Below, piece by piece: positions 46,873 through 57,813 of a DNA stretch of 64,000 nt (positions are counted from its first letter, which is position 1; each line of letters starts with the position of its first letter). The position numbers and the translations under genes were made by a program. The DNA comes from a virus. The notes under the pieces are model-generated. The model searched no databases. It had not been told where the DNA came from and was given only the letters and a program-made list of their open reading frames with translations. The DNA lies in IMG/VR virus record IMGVR_UViG_3300029258_005166, positions 32,001 to 96,000 of that record; one strand, given 5' to 3'.

Positions 46873-47640
46873 GGAAATCTAGGAGAACCTAAGCAAAAAC
46901 TTTCCTTAATTTGAGAAAATGTTGGATAACCCCAATGCCAGACCTGAATATGCTCGTTCAACTGATGCGAAACGAAGATTGCTTCAAGAACCTTCACAAC
47001 ACGAAAACTGCCAAGCAAACGATCCGCAAGGTAATCACTGATTGGTGGAACTTCCGAAAGGCACTGAAGGCGTACAATAAGGACTCAAGCGGTTTCAAGA
47101 GGAAACCTAAACCGCCCAAGTACAAAGAGAAGATGGCACAAGTCATTTTCTACAATGAGACGATCAAAGGCGGTCAGTCTAAGAAGAAGCAACTTGAAAC
47201 CATCACACCTACAAACAAGTGTTTTTCAATTCGTAGCGATCGCAAGTTTAAACAAGTGATTATTACTCCGAAGACATTTGGATTTGTGATCGAGGTTCAA
47301 TATGAACATCCACTGAAAAAAGGACGGAGTAAAGCGAAAGACACAAGCAAAGCCAGTTTCCTTGACCATGACCCAATACCTGCTTATGATGAAAACGCTG
47401 AGTCGCCACAATTTAGTGGTAGCCGAGTGGAACGAGGGCTTTACAAAACATTCAGACCCATTCACGCAGACGTGAATGGCAGTTTGAACATAGGGAGAAA
47501 AGTAATCGGAGATAAGGTTTATGCCTTCTCCGATAGGAGCATTGCCGCAATGCCAGTACGAGTCAATCCATTGAAGGTTTCTGCGTAGAACGGCAGAAAC
47601 AGGTTGATTTCGTCAAACCTAGATTTCCTTAGATTTCTGG
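46873..47640 (+). mobile_element. Internally deleted IS607-like element with TnpB remnant
   Basis: GG at both junctions; AAATCTA(G/A)G motifs at the ends; ORF 46911-47588 has TSKASFLD and HADVNGSLNI but lacks RuvC-I/II. Confidence 0.7.
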
Positions 47641-48153
47641 GAACGGTTTCCATGTTCGTATTGTATACTCCACAAGATCAAACTTCTCATGTTTTTCAAG
47701 CGTTCTTCTCTTCCATTTCCACCAATTGATTTTTGGGAAATGAGTATCTCCCTTATGTTTTCCGAAAACCTGACTTACAATAATCCGGTCTACAAGACCC
47801 GATTTCATTGCTGTTTCATATACCATCCCACCACCAATAATGAAAATTTCATTCGAAGAATGCAGACAAGCGATATGGATGGCTTCCTGAAGATCTGCGG
47901 CGAGATATATGGGAGATTTTCTCGTCAGGTGCCCGCCTGGAATTTCTACCAATCCATTAGAGATAACAACGTTGATCCGTCCCGTCAAGGGCTTCTTGGG
48001 CAAACTATCCCAAGTTTTTCTTCCCATGATTACGGGATGTCCCATTGTTCTTTCCCGAAATAGAGAAAGATCCTCGGGAATATACCAGGGTATTTTTCCC
48101 CGATTTCCGATTATTCTTTTACCATCAAAAGCTACAAGAATTGTAATCATCAT
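47629..48153 (-). CDS. folA: Dihydrofolate reductase
   Basis: IG..GKIPW.IPEDL, IMGRKTWDSLP, IIGGG and GDTHFP motifs. Confidence 0.95.
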   Translation of the reverse strand: MMITILVAFDGKRIIGNRGKIPWYIPEDLSLFRERTMGHPVIMGRKTWDSLPKKPLTGRINVVISNGLVEIPGGHLTRKSPIYLAADLQEAIHIACLHSSNEIFIIGGGMVYETAMKSGLVDRIIVSQVFGKHKGDTHFPKINWWKWKRRTLEKHEKFDLVEYTIRTWKPFPEI

Positions 48154-48158
48154 ATAAA

Positions 48159-48734
48159 CTATGGATTATTTTTATGTTTCTTTTTTCCCTTGTGCTTCTT
48201 TCTCATGCTTTCTTTAGTTTTGCAATTTCTCCAGGGGAACGGCTTGTTAGGAATTGGTTTATCCAAAAATTTGCAAAGCGGAGGCCATCCAACACCATCA
48301 CAGAGATGGTATATTAACACTCGTTCGTGTCTAGTTTCATCACCGAAATATTCCAGGGCTTCGGAATAATGGCGATAATGCGATTCTCTATACTTTTTCT
48401 CAGTGATATGTCTTTTGTTTCTGTTGTGCCATTTAGCACTTCTGACCCAAGAATCTACATCTCTCATTGTAAGAATAAATTGACTGTTTGGGTATTGTAT
48501 ATCTAATTCTCGGTAATATTTATGAAGTAAACTATCCGTAAATGCTTGATATGGTAATCCTTCAACTAATCCCTGACCTAATCGAAGATTTTTCAGTATT
48601 ATTGGATTTTGCTTTCGAGGCCCATCGATAGTTTTAAATCCCAAAATTTTGAGTGCTTTTGATAAACTCGTTGTTCCTGTTTTGAAAAGACCTATCCCGA
48701 AAATCATGCCATATTTAGATTTGTCAAACCGCAA
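48159..48734 (-). CDS. Sulfotransferase family protein
   Basis: [22 protein letters not shown] and [14 protein letters not shown] motifs. Confidence 0.85.
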   Translation of the reverse strand: MRFDKSKYGMIFGIGLFKTGTTSLSKALKILGFKTIDGPRKQNPIILKNLRLGQGLVEGLPYQAFTDSLLHKYYRELDIQYPNSQFILTMRDVDSWVRSAKWHNRNKRHITEKKYRESHYRHYSEALEYFGDETRHERVLIYHLCDGVGWPPLCKFLDKPIPNKPFPWRNCKTKESMRKKHKGKKKHKNNP

Positions 48735-49518
48735 TTGGGGCCCGAATTGCAGAATGACATCGGTAGTTTTTAATTACAATGTCATCATATTCAAAGTCAT
48801 CAATGTTTTTAATCTCTTGATTCAAAAATAAGGTCGGCAAATCGAACCATGTTCTCCCTAATTGCTCATTGACTTGATTTAGATGATTTTGGTAAATATG
48901 TACATCAATTCCATGCCATACAAATTCTCCAGCCGGGAATCCGGTAACATGAGCCATCATACATGTCAACAAAGAATACGATGAAATATTGAATGGTACT
49001 CCGAGAAAAAGATCACATGATCTTTGAAACATTGAGCAATTTAATTTGCCGTCCATTACGTTAAAAATAAACGCAAAGTGGCATGGAGGCAAGGCCATAT
49101 TTGGCAATTCTCCAACATTCCAAGCAGAAACCAATAATCTTCGGGAATTAGGATTTGCTTGAAGCTGGGTGATTACATTTGTGATTTGATCGATTTCCTG
49201 CCAATTTCTCCACTGTACGCCGTATACAGGCCCGAGATCTCCTCTCTCGTCAGCCCATTCATCCCAAATTGTCACATGATTTCGCTGGAGGTATTCAATA
49301 TTTCCGGTTCCCTTCAAAAACCAGAGCAATTCATAAATCACAGATTTCAAGTGAACTTTCTTGGTTGTCAATATAGGGAACCGATCCGACAGATCAAACC
49401 GGAGCGTTCTGTCAAATACTGCAAGTGTCCCCGTCCCTGTCCTATCTTTTTTCTCTACCCCATTTTCTAACACGTCACGCAAAAGATCCAAGTATTTAGG
49501 ATCGACATCGTTCTTCAT
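48724..49518 (-). CDS. thyA: Thymidylate synthase
   Basis: DRTGTGT, ELLWFL, ALPPCH and [13 protein letters not shown] motifs. Confidence 0.97.
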   Translation of the reverse strand: MKNDVDPKYLDLLRDVLENGVEKKDRTGTGTLAVFDRTLRFDLSDRFPILTTKKVHLKSVIYELLWFLKGTGNIEYLQRNHVTIWDEWADERGDLGPVYGVQWRNWQEIDQITNVITQLQANPNSRRLLVSAWNVGELPNMALPPCHFAFIFNVMDGKLNCSMFQRSCDLFLGVPFNISSYSLLTCMMAHVTGFPAGEFVWHGIDVHIYQNHLNQVNEQLGRTWFDLPTLFLNQEIKNIDDFEYDDIVIKNYRCHSAIRAPIAV

Positions 49519-49585
49519 AGCAACACCTCCAGGAAATACTATAGACAATCGTCCCAAAAAAATCTAGGCAAACCTCATATAAAGC

Positions 49586-50329
49586 ATGGATAAGATCCAC
49601 GTCTATTCGCCGTGCTACAACGAAGAGAAAATGTTGCCGTACTACCTGCGGCATTACGAAACAATAGCAGACAAGATCTTCATCTATGACAATGAATCCA
49701 CCGACCAGTCAGCCGCAATCATAGAGAAACATCCGAAGGCTGTTTTAAAACATCTACCGTATCAAAAAAATCTTCCTTTAAACCGGATTCTCGACAAAGT
49801 GAGAAACCATAAATGGAAAAAAAGCCGAGAGCAAACTGAGTGGGTAATTGTCTGTGACCTGGATGAGTTTTTGGTTCGTCCCAAATTACATTGCTTCCTA
49901 GATAAGTGTGCAGAGCAAGGGACAACGATTCTTCGTGCCAAAGGATTTAACATGTATTCCGAGGAATTTCCGCAAACTACAGGACAAATTTACCATGTTG
50001 TCAATCAGGGAGTTGCTAGTGTTTGGTATGACAAGAAGGCTATTTTCAATCCCAACAAGGTTACAACTATGCAATTTGGTCTAGGGTGCCACCATGCCCG
50101 CCCAAAAGGGGATGTAAAAATAGGAAGAGATCGATTGTTGAATCTCCTGCATTTTAGATATTTAGGTGTCGAATACACAAAGGAACGAGTGCAAATCGGT
50201 GGTTCCCGAAGAAAACTTGATCGAGCCCAAGGAATGTCTCGACACTTCATTTTGTCAAAAGCTCTCAAGATGGTGAAACCACCAAACAAAACAAAAAGAC
50301 CTCCTTGCTTAGAAATGCGATTGATGTAA
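49586..50329 (+). CDS. GT2-family glycosyltransferase
   Basis: YNEE, YDNESTD and CDLDEF motifs. Confidence 0.85.
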   Translation: MDKIHVYSPCYNEEKMLPYYLRHYETIADKIFIYDNESTDQSAAIIEKHPKAVLKHLPYQKNLPLNRILDKVRNHKWKKSREQTEWVIVCDLDEFLVRPKLHCFLDKCAEQGTTILRAKGFNMYSEEFPQTTGQIYHVVNQGVASVWYDKKAIFNPNKVTTMQFGLGCHHARPKGDVKIGRDRLLNLLHFRYLGVEYTKERVQIGGSRRKLDRAQGMSRHFILSKALKMVKPPNKTKRPPCLEMRLM

Positions 50330-50360
50330 CTCTTCTATTGATGAAAGAAAGGAGGGTAAG

Positions 50361-51179
50361 ATGAAGACACTTATCATTTTAATTGCACTGTTGTTCGTTC
50401 CCGCCGTATGTTGGGGTAAAGAAGTTCAAGAACCACCTGTTACAATTCCAAATGCTACCAAGCCCGTAGCAGATCCCGTAGCACAGGCCATTGGATTGGA
50501 ACCCGATAAGGCCGTTCCACACGACGATTCGAAAACCAAGAAAAAGAACGCCGAAAAGAAACTGTTCGCCATCTCATCTGTTACTTATCCCGGCAACAAT
50601 TGGATGGGACATGGTTGGCATCAGGGATACGGAGGATATGGAGATGGTTGGGGTGATTACCATCACGCTAGCACAGCAGGAGAAGGGTATTTGTCCGGTT
50701 ATGGTCGCCTATATCGAGGCTACGGACAATATCTTGTAAGCAGAGGGATGTATCTCAATCTCTATCAAGATGCTCGTCATAGAGCCATCGTTAATCATCG
50801 CGATGCAGTGCATACTTGGTGGCAACTCAAAGACGAATATAAGGAACGATTTAGGAGAGATAATCCAACATACCTAGAACGACAAGAAAGACGTTTTGAT
50901 ACAGCCATCAGAGCCCATGAGATCCAAGAGAAAGAAAAGAAACTAATCGCGGCGGGCATTTTGCCGCCAAGAGAACCTAGTTCTTTCACATACCAAGGCA
51001 TAACGTACCCCAGCTATAAAGCATTCAAAAGTTCGCCCGGCTGGATCAATATGAAAATGGAATCCATGCAAAACATAGCGGACAGAAAAAGACAAGCCCA
51101 AGAACAAGAAGAGCGATATCGCCAAGCCCTTCAGAAGTTTGAAGAATCTCGAAATACTGTCAAAGGCTCGACCTACTAA
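50361..51179 (+). CDS. Secreted protein resembling a planctomycete-specific family
   Basis: Signal peptide; YHHASTAGEGY..G...AR..AI.N motif, recalled rather than searched. Confidence 0.6.
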   Translation: MKTLIILIALLFVPAVCWGKEVQEPPVTIPNATKPVADPVAQAIGLEPDKAVPHDDSKTKKKNAEKKLFAISSVTYPGNNWMGHGWHQGYGGYGDGWGDYHHASTAGEGYLSGYGRLYRGYGQYLVSRGMYLNLYQDARHRAIVNHRDAVHTWWQLKDEYKERFRRDNPTYLERQERRFDTAIRAHEIQEKEKKLIAAGILPPREPSSFTYQGITYPSYKAFKSSPGWINMKMESMQNIADRKRQAQEQEERYRQALQKFEESRNTVKGSTY

Positions 51180-51197
51180 ACTTGGGATCAACCACCT

Positions 51198-51235
51198 AAG
51201 GCACCGCTCCCGCGAAGCGGGAGCGGTGCCTTTTT
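51198..51235. terminator. Perfect 16-bp hairpin with GAA triloop, between convergent genes
   Basis: AAGGCACCGCTCCCGC-GAA-GCGGGAGCGGTGCCTT. Confidence 0.8.
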
Positions 51236-51519
51236 CATTTATATCGAAGTTTTACGATATAGAAATCGGCATCTTGACCAATTGACGTAAATTCAACTTT
51301 CGTGAATGTCCATTTCTTCATTGGAACCCAGACAGTGATCCACATTGGTCTTTCAATCCGTTGAAGCACCACACTATCCTCAGGATCGTACTCTCGTTTT
51401 ATTGTAAGCATTGGATTGCATTTTTTTAAAAAGAACAATGTGGTTTCTTTTTTGTCTTCATCAACAATTGCATTCGAACAATGTTGCCCATCAAATTCGT
51501 ATTTACGTCCGTATGACAT
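51235..51519 (-). CDS. Hypothetical protein
   Basis: 94 aa ORF at the end of an operon. Confidence 0.6.
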   Translation of the reverse strand: MSYGRKYEFDGQHCSNAIVDEDKKETTLFFLKKCNPMLTIKREYDPEDSVVLQRIERPMWITVWVPMKKWTFTKVEFTSIGQDADFYIVKLRYK

Positions 51520-51520
51520 T

Positions 51521-52309
51521 CTATTTCTCCACTTTCTCTAGTTTATCTCTTGGTCCCACCCAATGCACTATGTAACTTTCTGGGTGGTCAATTCGTATGG
51601 CTTTCAATCTTTCTTTCGGGTCAGAAATTAAATATTGTTCACGTTCATGAAACTTGCCACGCATCTTAAAGTTCGGGGGAGTGTTGTATTTGATATCCAA
51701 CAGAATCAAGTCCGTTTTCCCCAGAGTGTTCACGGCATAACAGAGCATGTCTTGATCGCAAGTTTTGGTTTTTTCTCGCAGGATTGGGTTGGAAGTCACA
51801 AAGAACGTGGTGGCGGCCCACAAATCTATGATTTCATTTCCCTTATTCCAACCCACCACTCCCGAATTGAGAGGCACGATTCCTGCACTTGGGCAACATA
51901 GCCGACCGAGCAGTTCCAAACTGGCGGCCATATCGGGGCTCGTAAACGGAAAGACAAAGAAGGCTTCCTGTCGGTCCAGGACGTTGAACATCTCGTCCAA
52001 TCCTCTTAACGGAACAGCGTCGGCATCAATCCAAATGGTTTGATCGAAAGGACTTTGCAGACACTTGAATGGCTTTTGGTAGGCCTCGATTGGGATCTTC
52101 CGTGTTGATTTCCCCTGACAGAGAAAGGGGTGCATAGGTATCGGATCGAGCCAAGTCACATCATATGATTCCAAGAGTGCCGCATATTCTTCGCACAGGC
52201 CATCATCGAAAACGGCAAGTTCTATTCCTTGTTCTTGACAGGACAAGGCGAAAAGCTCTAGGGTGGGGATGTATAGATCGGCAGCCCCAGTAATGATTCC
52301 CTTAGACAT
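51521..52309 (-). CDS. GT-A fold glycosyltransferase (GT8-like)
   Basis: KP, WIDAD, NSGV, DQ and IVHW motifs. Confidence 0.8.
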   Translation of the reverse strand: MSKGIITGAADLYIPTLELFALSCQEQGIELAVFDDGLCEEYAALLESYDVTWLDPIPMHPFLCQGKSTRKIPIEAYQKPFKCLQSPFDQTIWIDADAVPLRGLDEMFNVLDRQEAFFVFPFTSPDMAASLELLGRLCCPSAGIVPLNSGVVGWNKGNEIIDLWAATTFFVTSNPILREKTKTCDQDMLCYAVNTLGKTDLILLDIKYNTPPNFKMRGKFHEREQYLISDPKERLKAIRIDHPESYIVHWVGPRDKLEKVEK

Positions 52310-52724
52310 CTTTTTTTAAAGCCCAACAATCATAGTGTTTTTTTGTGACACGGAAACCACATTTCTCATAGAATTTTTTAGCACGATACACAAAGGCAGT
52401 CTCCACAACAACTTTGGATTTGTTCAACCTTTTTGCCTTTTTTATTGCTTCTTGAATCAACTTAGTGCCAACACCTTTTTTCCGACTCCCTGCTTTCACT
52501 ATCAGGGCGGAAATATAGATGCTGTTTCGTATAGGTGTCAGTACAATTGTTCCAACAATGATTTCGTTATCGATTGCAATTTTAATTTCATGGTTTTTGA
52601 TAGCTGCATCGATAGCTGCGAGTCTCGCATATTCAAGACAGATATCTTTGCCAATTTTGTTTAAGGAGCAAAATAAGCCCAAAAGAGCCTTTCGATCCTG
52701 ATGTCTAGCAGATACGGTTTTCAT
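52302..52724 (-). CDS. GNAT acetyltransferase
   Basis: V....RKKGVGTKL and FYEKCGF motifs. Confidence 0.88.
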   Translation of the reverse strand: MKTVSARHQDRKALLGLFCSLNKIGKDICLEYARLAAIDAAIKNHEIKIAIDNEIIVGTIVLTPIRNSIYISALIVKAGSRKKGVGTKLIQEAIKKAKRLNKSKVVVETAFVYRAKKFYEKCGFRVTKKHYDCWALKKDV

Positions 52725-53140
52725 TTATTTCCCTTAAAGGGATTCGCCCCTAAATTCAAGATCATCTGGAAGCTTTTCATACGAGGGGCAGGCAACTCAG
52801 TCCACCGAAACCAATGCCAACATTCGCATTTGTTGGGTTCCATTACTTTTGCTTCGCCTGAAATCCAGTCGGCCACCATGAAGATCGTGACGTAGTGTTT
52901 GTTTTCATCAAAGTATCTGGCATTCGCTATCGTCCAAAATTCGGGATGAGTTACATTTAACTCTGGGCCCGCTTCTTCGTGCATCTCGCGAATGGCTGCA
53001 TTGGCAAATGTTTCCATAAACTCTAGGTGCCCACCTGGAAAAGCCCAGGTGCCATAGCAATGGTTGCATTTCCTCTTGTGCATTAGAACTTTGTCTTCAC
53101 GTCGAATCGCTAGACAGATCCCTACTTTCGGTCTTTCCAT
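52721..53140 (-). CDS. Nudix hydrolase (NUDT15/MutT-like)
   Basis: PGGHLE..E....AAIREMHEEAG and EPNKCE.W.W motifs. Confidence 0.9.
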   Translation of the reverse strand: MERPKVGICLAIRREDKVLMHKRKCNHCYGTWAFPGGHLEFMETFANAAIREMHEEAGPELNVTHPEFWTIANARYFDENKHYVTIFMVADWISGEAKVMEPNKCECWHWFRWTELPAPRMKSFQMILNLGANPFKGNK

Positions 53141-53481
53141 TGGCCAAGCCTTTCTTTAACACCTCAAAGCTATAGTTGTGTTTAAGATAGTGAGCAATAT
53201 CTGTATCAGTATAGCCCAAAGCTAGACCTAATGCAATGTCGAATTTAACCGTGGTTTCATCAAACTTTCTACCTCTATCTTCGTAAGGATACAAATCCCA
53301 AGCCGCCGAGACCGCATCGAAATCTTCTTCGTAACGGTAGACGGCATACTTAGCCATGTTGGGTGGTCGTTTGGCTAATTTAGGGATGCGTTTCATTTTG
53401 ATGTAACCTGTTTCCACGTAACGGTTTGCGGCAAGCCAAGCAAGCTCCTCTTTAACAACAGCAATAGGTTTTTTGCCATCT
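53097..53481 (-). pseudogene. 3' part of an IS-interrupted hypothetical gene
   Basis: Joins in frame with 55702-55762 to give MSKKKGKKVQPLPEPIKDLA-DGKKPIAVV. Confidence 0.65.
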
Positions 53482-53517
53482 GTGACGCACCACGGGGCAA
53501 GCCCCGTGGCTTCGTGC

Positions 53518-54707
53518 CTATCTAACCGATGCAAGTTCGGTTAGGGCTAAGCATTGTTTTTTCTTGGCTCTACGACAAGCACTGTCATTATCTGACTGTA
53601 ACCTCTTATCATCCCCAAGCGTAAATTCCCGTGCGTCCCACGGTATATTTTTCATCGCTATATTCTTAATGTTGATAGCGGCATTTAAGTCTCTGTCCAT
53701 CTTCATTCCACATTGTTCACAACAGAATGTTCGGTCTTGAAGCATTTGGTCTGTGTCCTTCCATCCACAACAATGGCAAGTCTTACTGCTTGGCTCAAAT
53801 GTCCCTATTTCAAGAAACACTTTGCCACTCCACTCTGACTTATACTTCAACTTTTGCTTAAAACTATACCAACCAACATCGGCTATACTTTTGGCAAGAT
53901 TGTGGTTTTTCATCATGCCTTCAATGTTCAGTGTTTCCAAAGCAAATCCATCATATTTGGCTATCATACGACTTGTGATTTGATGTTGGAAATTACTTCT
54001 TGATGAAGTCTCGCAACCTTGATCCGTTGTTTGTTTCTGTTCTGCCCGCCTTTCTTTCTCCGAGAAAGTATACGTTGGGCTTTATTCAACCTTCTTTCAT
54101 GCTTTCTTAATACTCGTTCGTTTCCGATTGTTGTCCCATCGGACAATGTAGCAAATGTTTTCAGACCTACATCTATGCCAACAACATTGTCTGTGTTTGT
54201 ATTTGGTCGTTTGATTTTTAGTTCGCACAAAACTGAACAATACCACTGGTCGCCATCTTGTTTAACAGTGATACTTTTGACTTTACCTTTATATGGTCTG
54301 TGTTTAACCCATTGAACTTCGCCAATCTTTGGAATGAATACAAACCTTTTGTTGAGACGAAACTTCTGTGGAACAGTTAAACCATCTTGATATTTCTTTT
54401 TCTTGTGTTTGGGAAACTCACGGATGCCTGCAATGAAGTCTTTTAATGCTCTATCAAAAAACCTGCCCACTTGTTGAAGTGATTGGCTAAACGTGAGTCC
54501 GAGAAAGTCATGTTCTTTTTTGAGTTTAGGGATGGAAGTAATGAGTTCGTGAGCAAATACGAACTTACCTGTGGTTTCATACTGCCGCTGGTTCATATCA
54601 AGAAACCTATTCCAAAGGAAACGGCAGTTTCCACATTGTTGTTTTAATTGTTGTTCCTGTTTTTTCGTTGGATACAACCTATATCTGTATGCTCTTAATA
54701 TCTTCAC
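53518..54707 (-). pseudogene. tnpB: TnpB split into two ORFs
   Basis: AYRYRLYPT and GIDVG are in 53964-54707; ETLN, PSSKTC and DRDLNAA are in 53518-53967. Confidence 0.88.
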
Positions 54708-55135
54708 TCTTCCTCATCAAACTCTTTTTGCTCTTGAATGTATCCTTTAATTGTATCAGCACTGACAAACCCAATCGTGCTAATGAATTTTCCTTCTGAC
54801 CACAATGAACCGCAACGTGAGTAGAAATTTTTGAGTGCATAGAAATTCTTAAACAACTCAATGGCTGATATACTCTTGAAAGTTCGCACAATATCTGATG
54901 GGGCAACCGTTGGTTTTGCACCTATGAAAAGATGCACATGGTCAGGCATGACTTCCATCTCTATAATTTCATACTCATACTTCTCGGCAATTTGTTGGAA
55001 GATTTCTTTCAGTTCTTTTGCTACATCACCTTTCAACACTGAAAATCTAAACTTTGGACACCACACAAGATGATATTGGCAAAGATAGACACAGTGGTTA
55101 AGTGCTTTGTATTTCTTCTTGCGTTTCTTGCTCAT
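54704..55135 (-). CDS. tnpA: Y1 HUH transposase
   Basis: YHLVWCPK.R, PDHVHL, LW and YI..Q motifs. Confidence 0.95.
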   Translation of the reverse strand: MSKKRKKKYKALNHCVYLCQYHLVWCPKFRFSVLKGDVAKELKEIFQQIAEKYEYEIIEMEVMPDHVHLFIGAKPTVAPSDIVRTFKSISAIELFKNFYALKNFYSRCGSLWSEGKFISTIGFVSADTIKGYIQEQKEFDEEE

Positions 55136-55511
55136 GGAGTTCGTATTTCTCCTGCACCGCAGTCCTAATTAGGTCTTGGTAGGAGAGGGTCTTTTCTTCT
55201 TCCACAGAGAAAATGCGAGCCAGCCGTTCCAACTGTCTCTTCCAATCCTCTGGACCTATTCTATTATAGTAGCATCCCTACTATATCTATACAACAAAAT
55301 GTAATTTTGATGGAATTTTTGGAGATTTCACCAGACCATCAACAGACAACAATATACTAAATAGAATTGAGCGTAGTCAATAATTCATACTATGGCGGCT
55401 TACATCCACGACCCAAGGGCTGGCACTTTCGTTCGTTTCGCTCCGCTCAACTCGCTCTCAGTGCCAGCATTTTTGCGTTGCAAAAATGTCATGGTTTTAC
55501 GCCGCCGATTA

Positions 55512-55701
55512 TAACGCTGCGAAAAATATCGCAGCACGGGCTGCATCAACCAGCCTATTGTCGTCCGCTAAGGAACTGTCAAAAGTTGCTTAGAATTGGA
55601 ATGACAAGCCCCTACAATCCGAAGGATTGTTGGGTCATAAAGCGAACGAGCGTTAGCGAGTGAAACTATGACTCAACCTCTTTAGGGTAGGGGTAGTTGA
55701 C
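55512..55701 (+). mobile_element. 3' remnant of a second TnpB element with its right end
   Basis: NAAKNIA coding tail followed by ACAAGCCCCTAC...GTAGGGGTAGTTGAC. Confidence 0.7.
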
Positions 55702-55762
55702 CTGCAAGATCCTTGATTGGCTCTGGTAAGGGCTGTACCTTTTTCCCCTTTTTTTTAGACAT
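55702..55762 (-). pseudogene. 5' part of the IS-interrupted gene
   Basis: GGAGG RBS and MSKKKGKKVQPLPEPIKDLA. Confidence 0.6.
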
Positions 55763-55837
55763 AAATACCTCCGAAATGAGTTTTAAGGTGTGAAAATTAA
55801 GGTGTGATGCTATAGAAGAGTATGAAATTCCAAAAAA

Positions 55838-56617
55838 TTACATTAACCAAGTGGGCTGAAGTAATCTGCGATGAAGTTCGGCATTTTTCTCCATAAAAGG
55901 AATTGTCCATTCAATACCTGTCTTTTTTATTCGACTCATTACAAGTGCCATTTCCGAAAGTCTTGATTGAAAACGTTTTCTTGAAACTGACCTTTGCCAT
56001 ATTCGTTGCATTTGGCCGACAGACGCAATGGTTCGATTCGCTACACTCAGAAGTGCCCTGATTCTGGCCGATTTGATTCTTTTTGCATGATTTCCAAAGG
56101 AAACGTGATGAAGCAAAAGCTTTTGAAACTTAGGTGTATTTTGAATTATGGATTTTCGAACCGCAAAGTTACATGTCCTGAAAGACTTAAACCCATATTT
56201 TGTTCTTGGGTTGTCTGTGAATGCCATATTCCAATGAATTATGGCCGCACTTTGGCTCGAAAGCCGAGAAGCAAGTTTTGGACTGATCCAATCATCATCA
56301 TCTATAGGCACAATGTAGGCATCCTCCTCATTCTTCTTGCATTCCTGTTTAAGAGCTTCGAAGCCTTTAACCACCTTGACTCCTACAAATGTCTCTTCGG
56401 CAAGCTCCTTGACTCTCGCCCGAAATGTGAAATAGTCTATTTGAAAAATTTGATTCCACAAATCAAAAAATATTTTGTTTGCTTTAAACCATTTCAGAAT
56501 AGCCTTCCCTTCGGTCTCTCTCCCTCCAGGGCCGAATCTGGGATTTTGGCTCATAAATTCCTTCATCGTCATATCCGCCCAGTCAATATTATGTCTGACA
56601 AATACGATGGTTTCCAT
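55838..56617 (-). CDS. Glycosyltransferase-like hypothetical protein
   Basis: PIDDDDW DxD motif; start METIV inferred. Confidence 0.55.
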   Translation of the reverse strand: METIVFVRHNIDWADMTMKEFMSQNPRFGPGGRETEGKAILKWFKANKIFFDLWNQIFQIDYFTFRARVKELAEETFVGVKVVKGFEALKQECKKNEEDAYIVPIDDDDWISPKLASRLSSQSAAIIHWNMAFTDNPRTKYGFKSFRTCNFAVRKSIIQNTPKFQKLLLHHVSFGNHAKRIKSARIRALLSVANRTIASVGQMQRIWQRSVSRKRFQSRLSEMALVMSRIKKTGIEWTIPFMEKNAELHRRLLQPTWLM

Positions 56618-56686
56618 TAAAGTCCTCAGAGAGTCCCGCCGATATTTATTGTAACTAATTAACATTCTAAAACGGAGAAACCTGAA

Positions 56687-57133
56687 ATGACTATCGCAAC
56701 AAAAGTAAATCCAAATCATGTCTGCCAAAATGACCTCATGGCCTTTATTTACTTCGCCCGAGTGGAGAAAAATGATCGGGGAGAAACCCTAAAGGTATAT
56801 GATCTAGACAACCAGAAGGAAATGTGAGTCTCTGGACCACAACTCATCGAAAATTCGTTTTCTGCGGATCGGTATGAAAAAGAAGAAAGGGTCGCAAAAA
56901 TGAAGGCCGCTGAAATCCTGGTCAACGCTTATCACCGACCTCTGACCGTCTGCTTCGTCAAGAACGATGGCACAGAAAGAACCTTGAGGGGCCGACTCGT
57001 CAAACCAGAACCACTCCTGGGACGCAGCACTGTTGAAGATCTCGACGTAACCAATGGAAATCGTCTGCGTCTGGTCGATCATCGAACCATCAAATGGATA
57101 GTCGTGGATGGTACTAAGTATACGGTAAAATAA
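56687..57133 (+). pseudogene. SH3/WYL_2-like protein with an in-frame TGA at 56825
   Basis: GGAGA RBS; frame is continuous across the TGA into TVCFVK.DGTERTLRG. Confidence 0.6.
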
Positions 57134-57184
57134 GAGCCTTTGCGGCAAAAGGCTCTTTGCCGCTTTGCGGCAAAAGGCTCTTTG
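57132..57184 (+). terminator. Duplicated hairpin/terminator
   Basis: CTTTGCGGCAAAAGGCTCTTTG occurs twice. Confidence 0.6.
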
Positions 57185-57201
57185 TCCATCTACATATAGG
57201 C

Positions 57202-57813
57202 ATGAAGCGATTTGTTTTGCTCAACAAGTTGATTAAAGCCAATCAGTATCGGAGTTATCTTGAGATCGGTACGGCCAAACATGAAACTTTCCGAAGAATT
57301 GCGTGCGATATAAAAGTGGGAGTTGATATATCCAACAAATACAGTCCTACTTATCACATGTCATCGGACGTTTTTTTCCAGAAACCGTATCAATTTAAAC
57401 CCAAGAATTTCGATCTTATTTTCATTGATGGATTACATTTACAAGATCAAGTAATGCGGGACATCCTAAACTCACTTGCTGTACTCACGCCAAACGGTAC
57501 TATTGTCTGCCACGACATGAATCCTGCCACCCAAAAAACTCAATTGCCCAAACATCCCAAACGACGAGGAAGCTGGCATGGAGATTGTTGGAAAGCCTGG
57601 GTGAGCTTGCGAAGATCCCGAAAGGACTTGCAAATGTTCGTTGTGGATGCAGATTCAGGTTGTGGGGTTATCAGAAGAGGCTGTCAAACCATTTTGAGCG
57701 ACAATGAAGAGTTAACATGGGAGAATTTTCGAAAGTATCGCAAAGAATGGCTCAATCTAATCACTATTGAAGAGTTTCTTTTACGGCTCAGATATTCGGC
57801 TTCTTTTCTATAG
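57202..57813 (+). CDS. Methyltransferase (Methyltransf_24-like)
   Basis: YLEIG, FDLIFIDGLH, CHD and WHGDCWK motifs; CTACATA 5 nt before ATG. Confidence 0.85.
   Translation: MKRFVLLNKLIKANQYRSYLEIGTAKHETFRRIACDIKVGVDISNKYSPTYHMSSDVFFQKPYQFKPKNFDLIFIDGLHLQDQVMRDILNSLAVLTPNGTIVCHDMNPATQKTQLPKHPKRRGSWHGDCWKAWVSLRRSRKDLQMFVVDADSGCGVIRRGCQTILSDNEELTWENFRKYRKEWLNLITIEEFLLRLRYSASFL

Larger units (their letters stand above)
53482..55511 (-). mobile_element. IS605-family element (tnpA plus frameshifted tnpB)
   Basis: Left end follows TTAT; right-end hairpin CCACGGGGC-TT-GCCCCGTGG ends in GTCAC. Confidence 0.85.

Noticed and set aside
55098-55275. RHH-like reading frame upstream of tnpA (PEDWKRQLERLAR...DLIRTAV)
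   Set aside because: No in-frame start codon; probably a decayed IS accessory gene.
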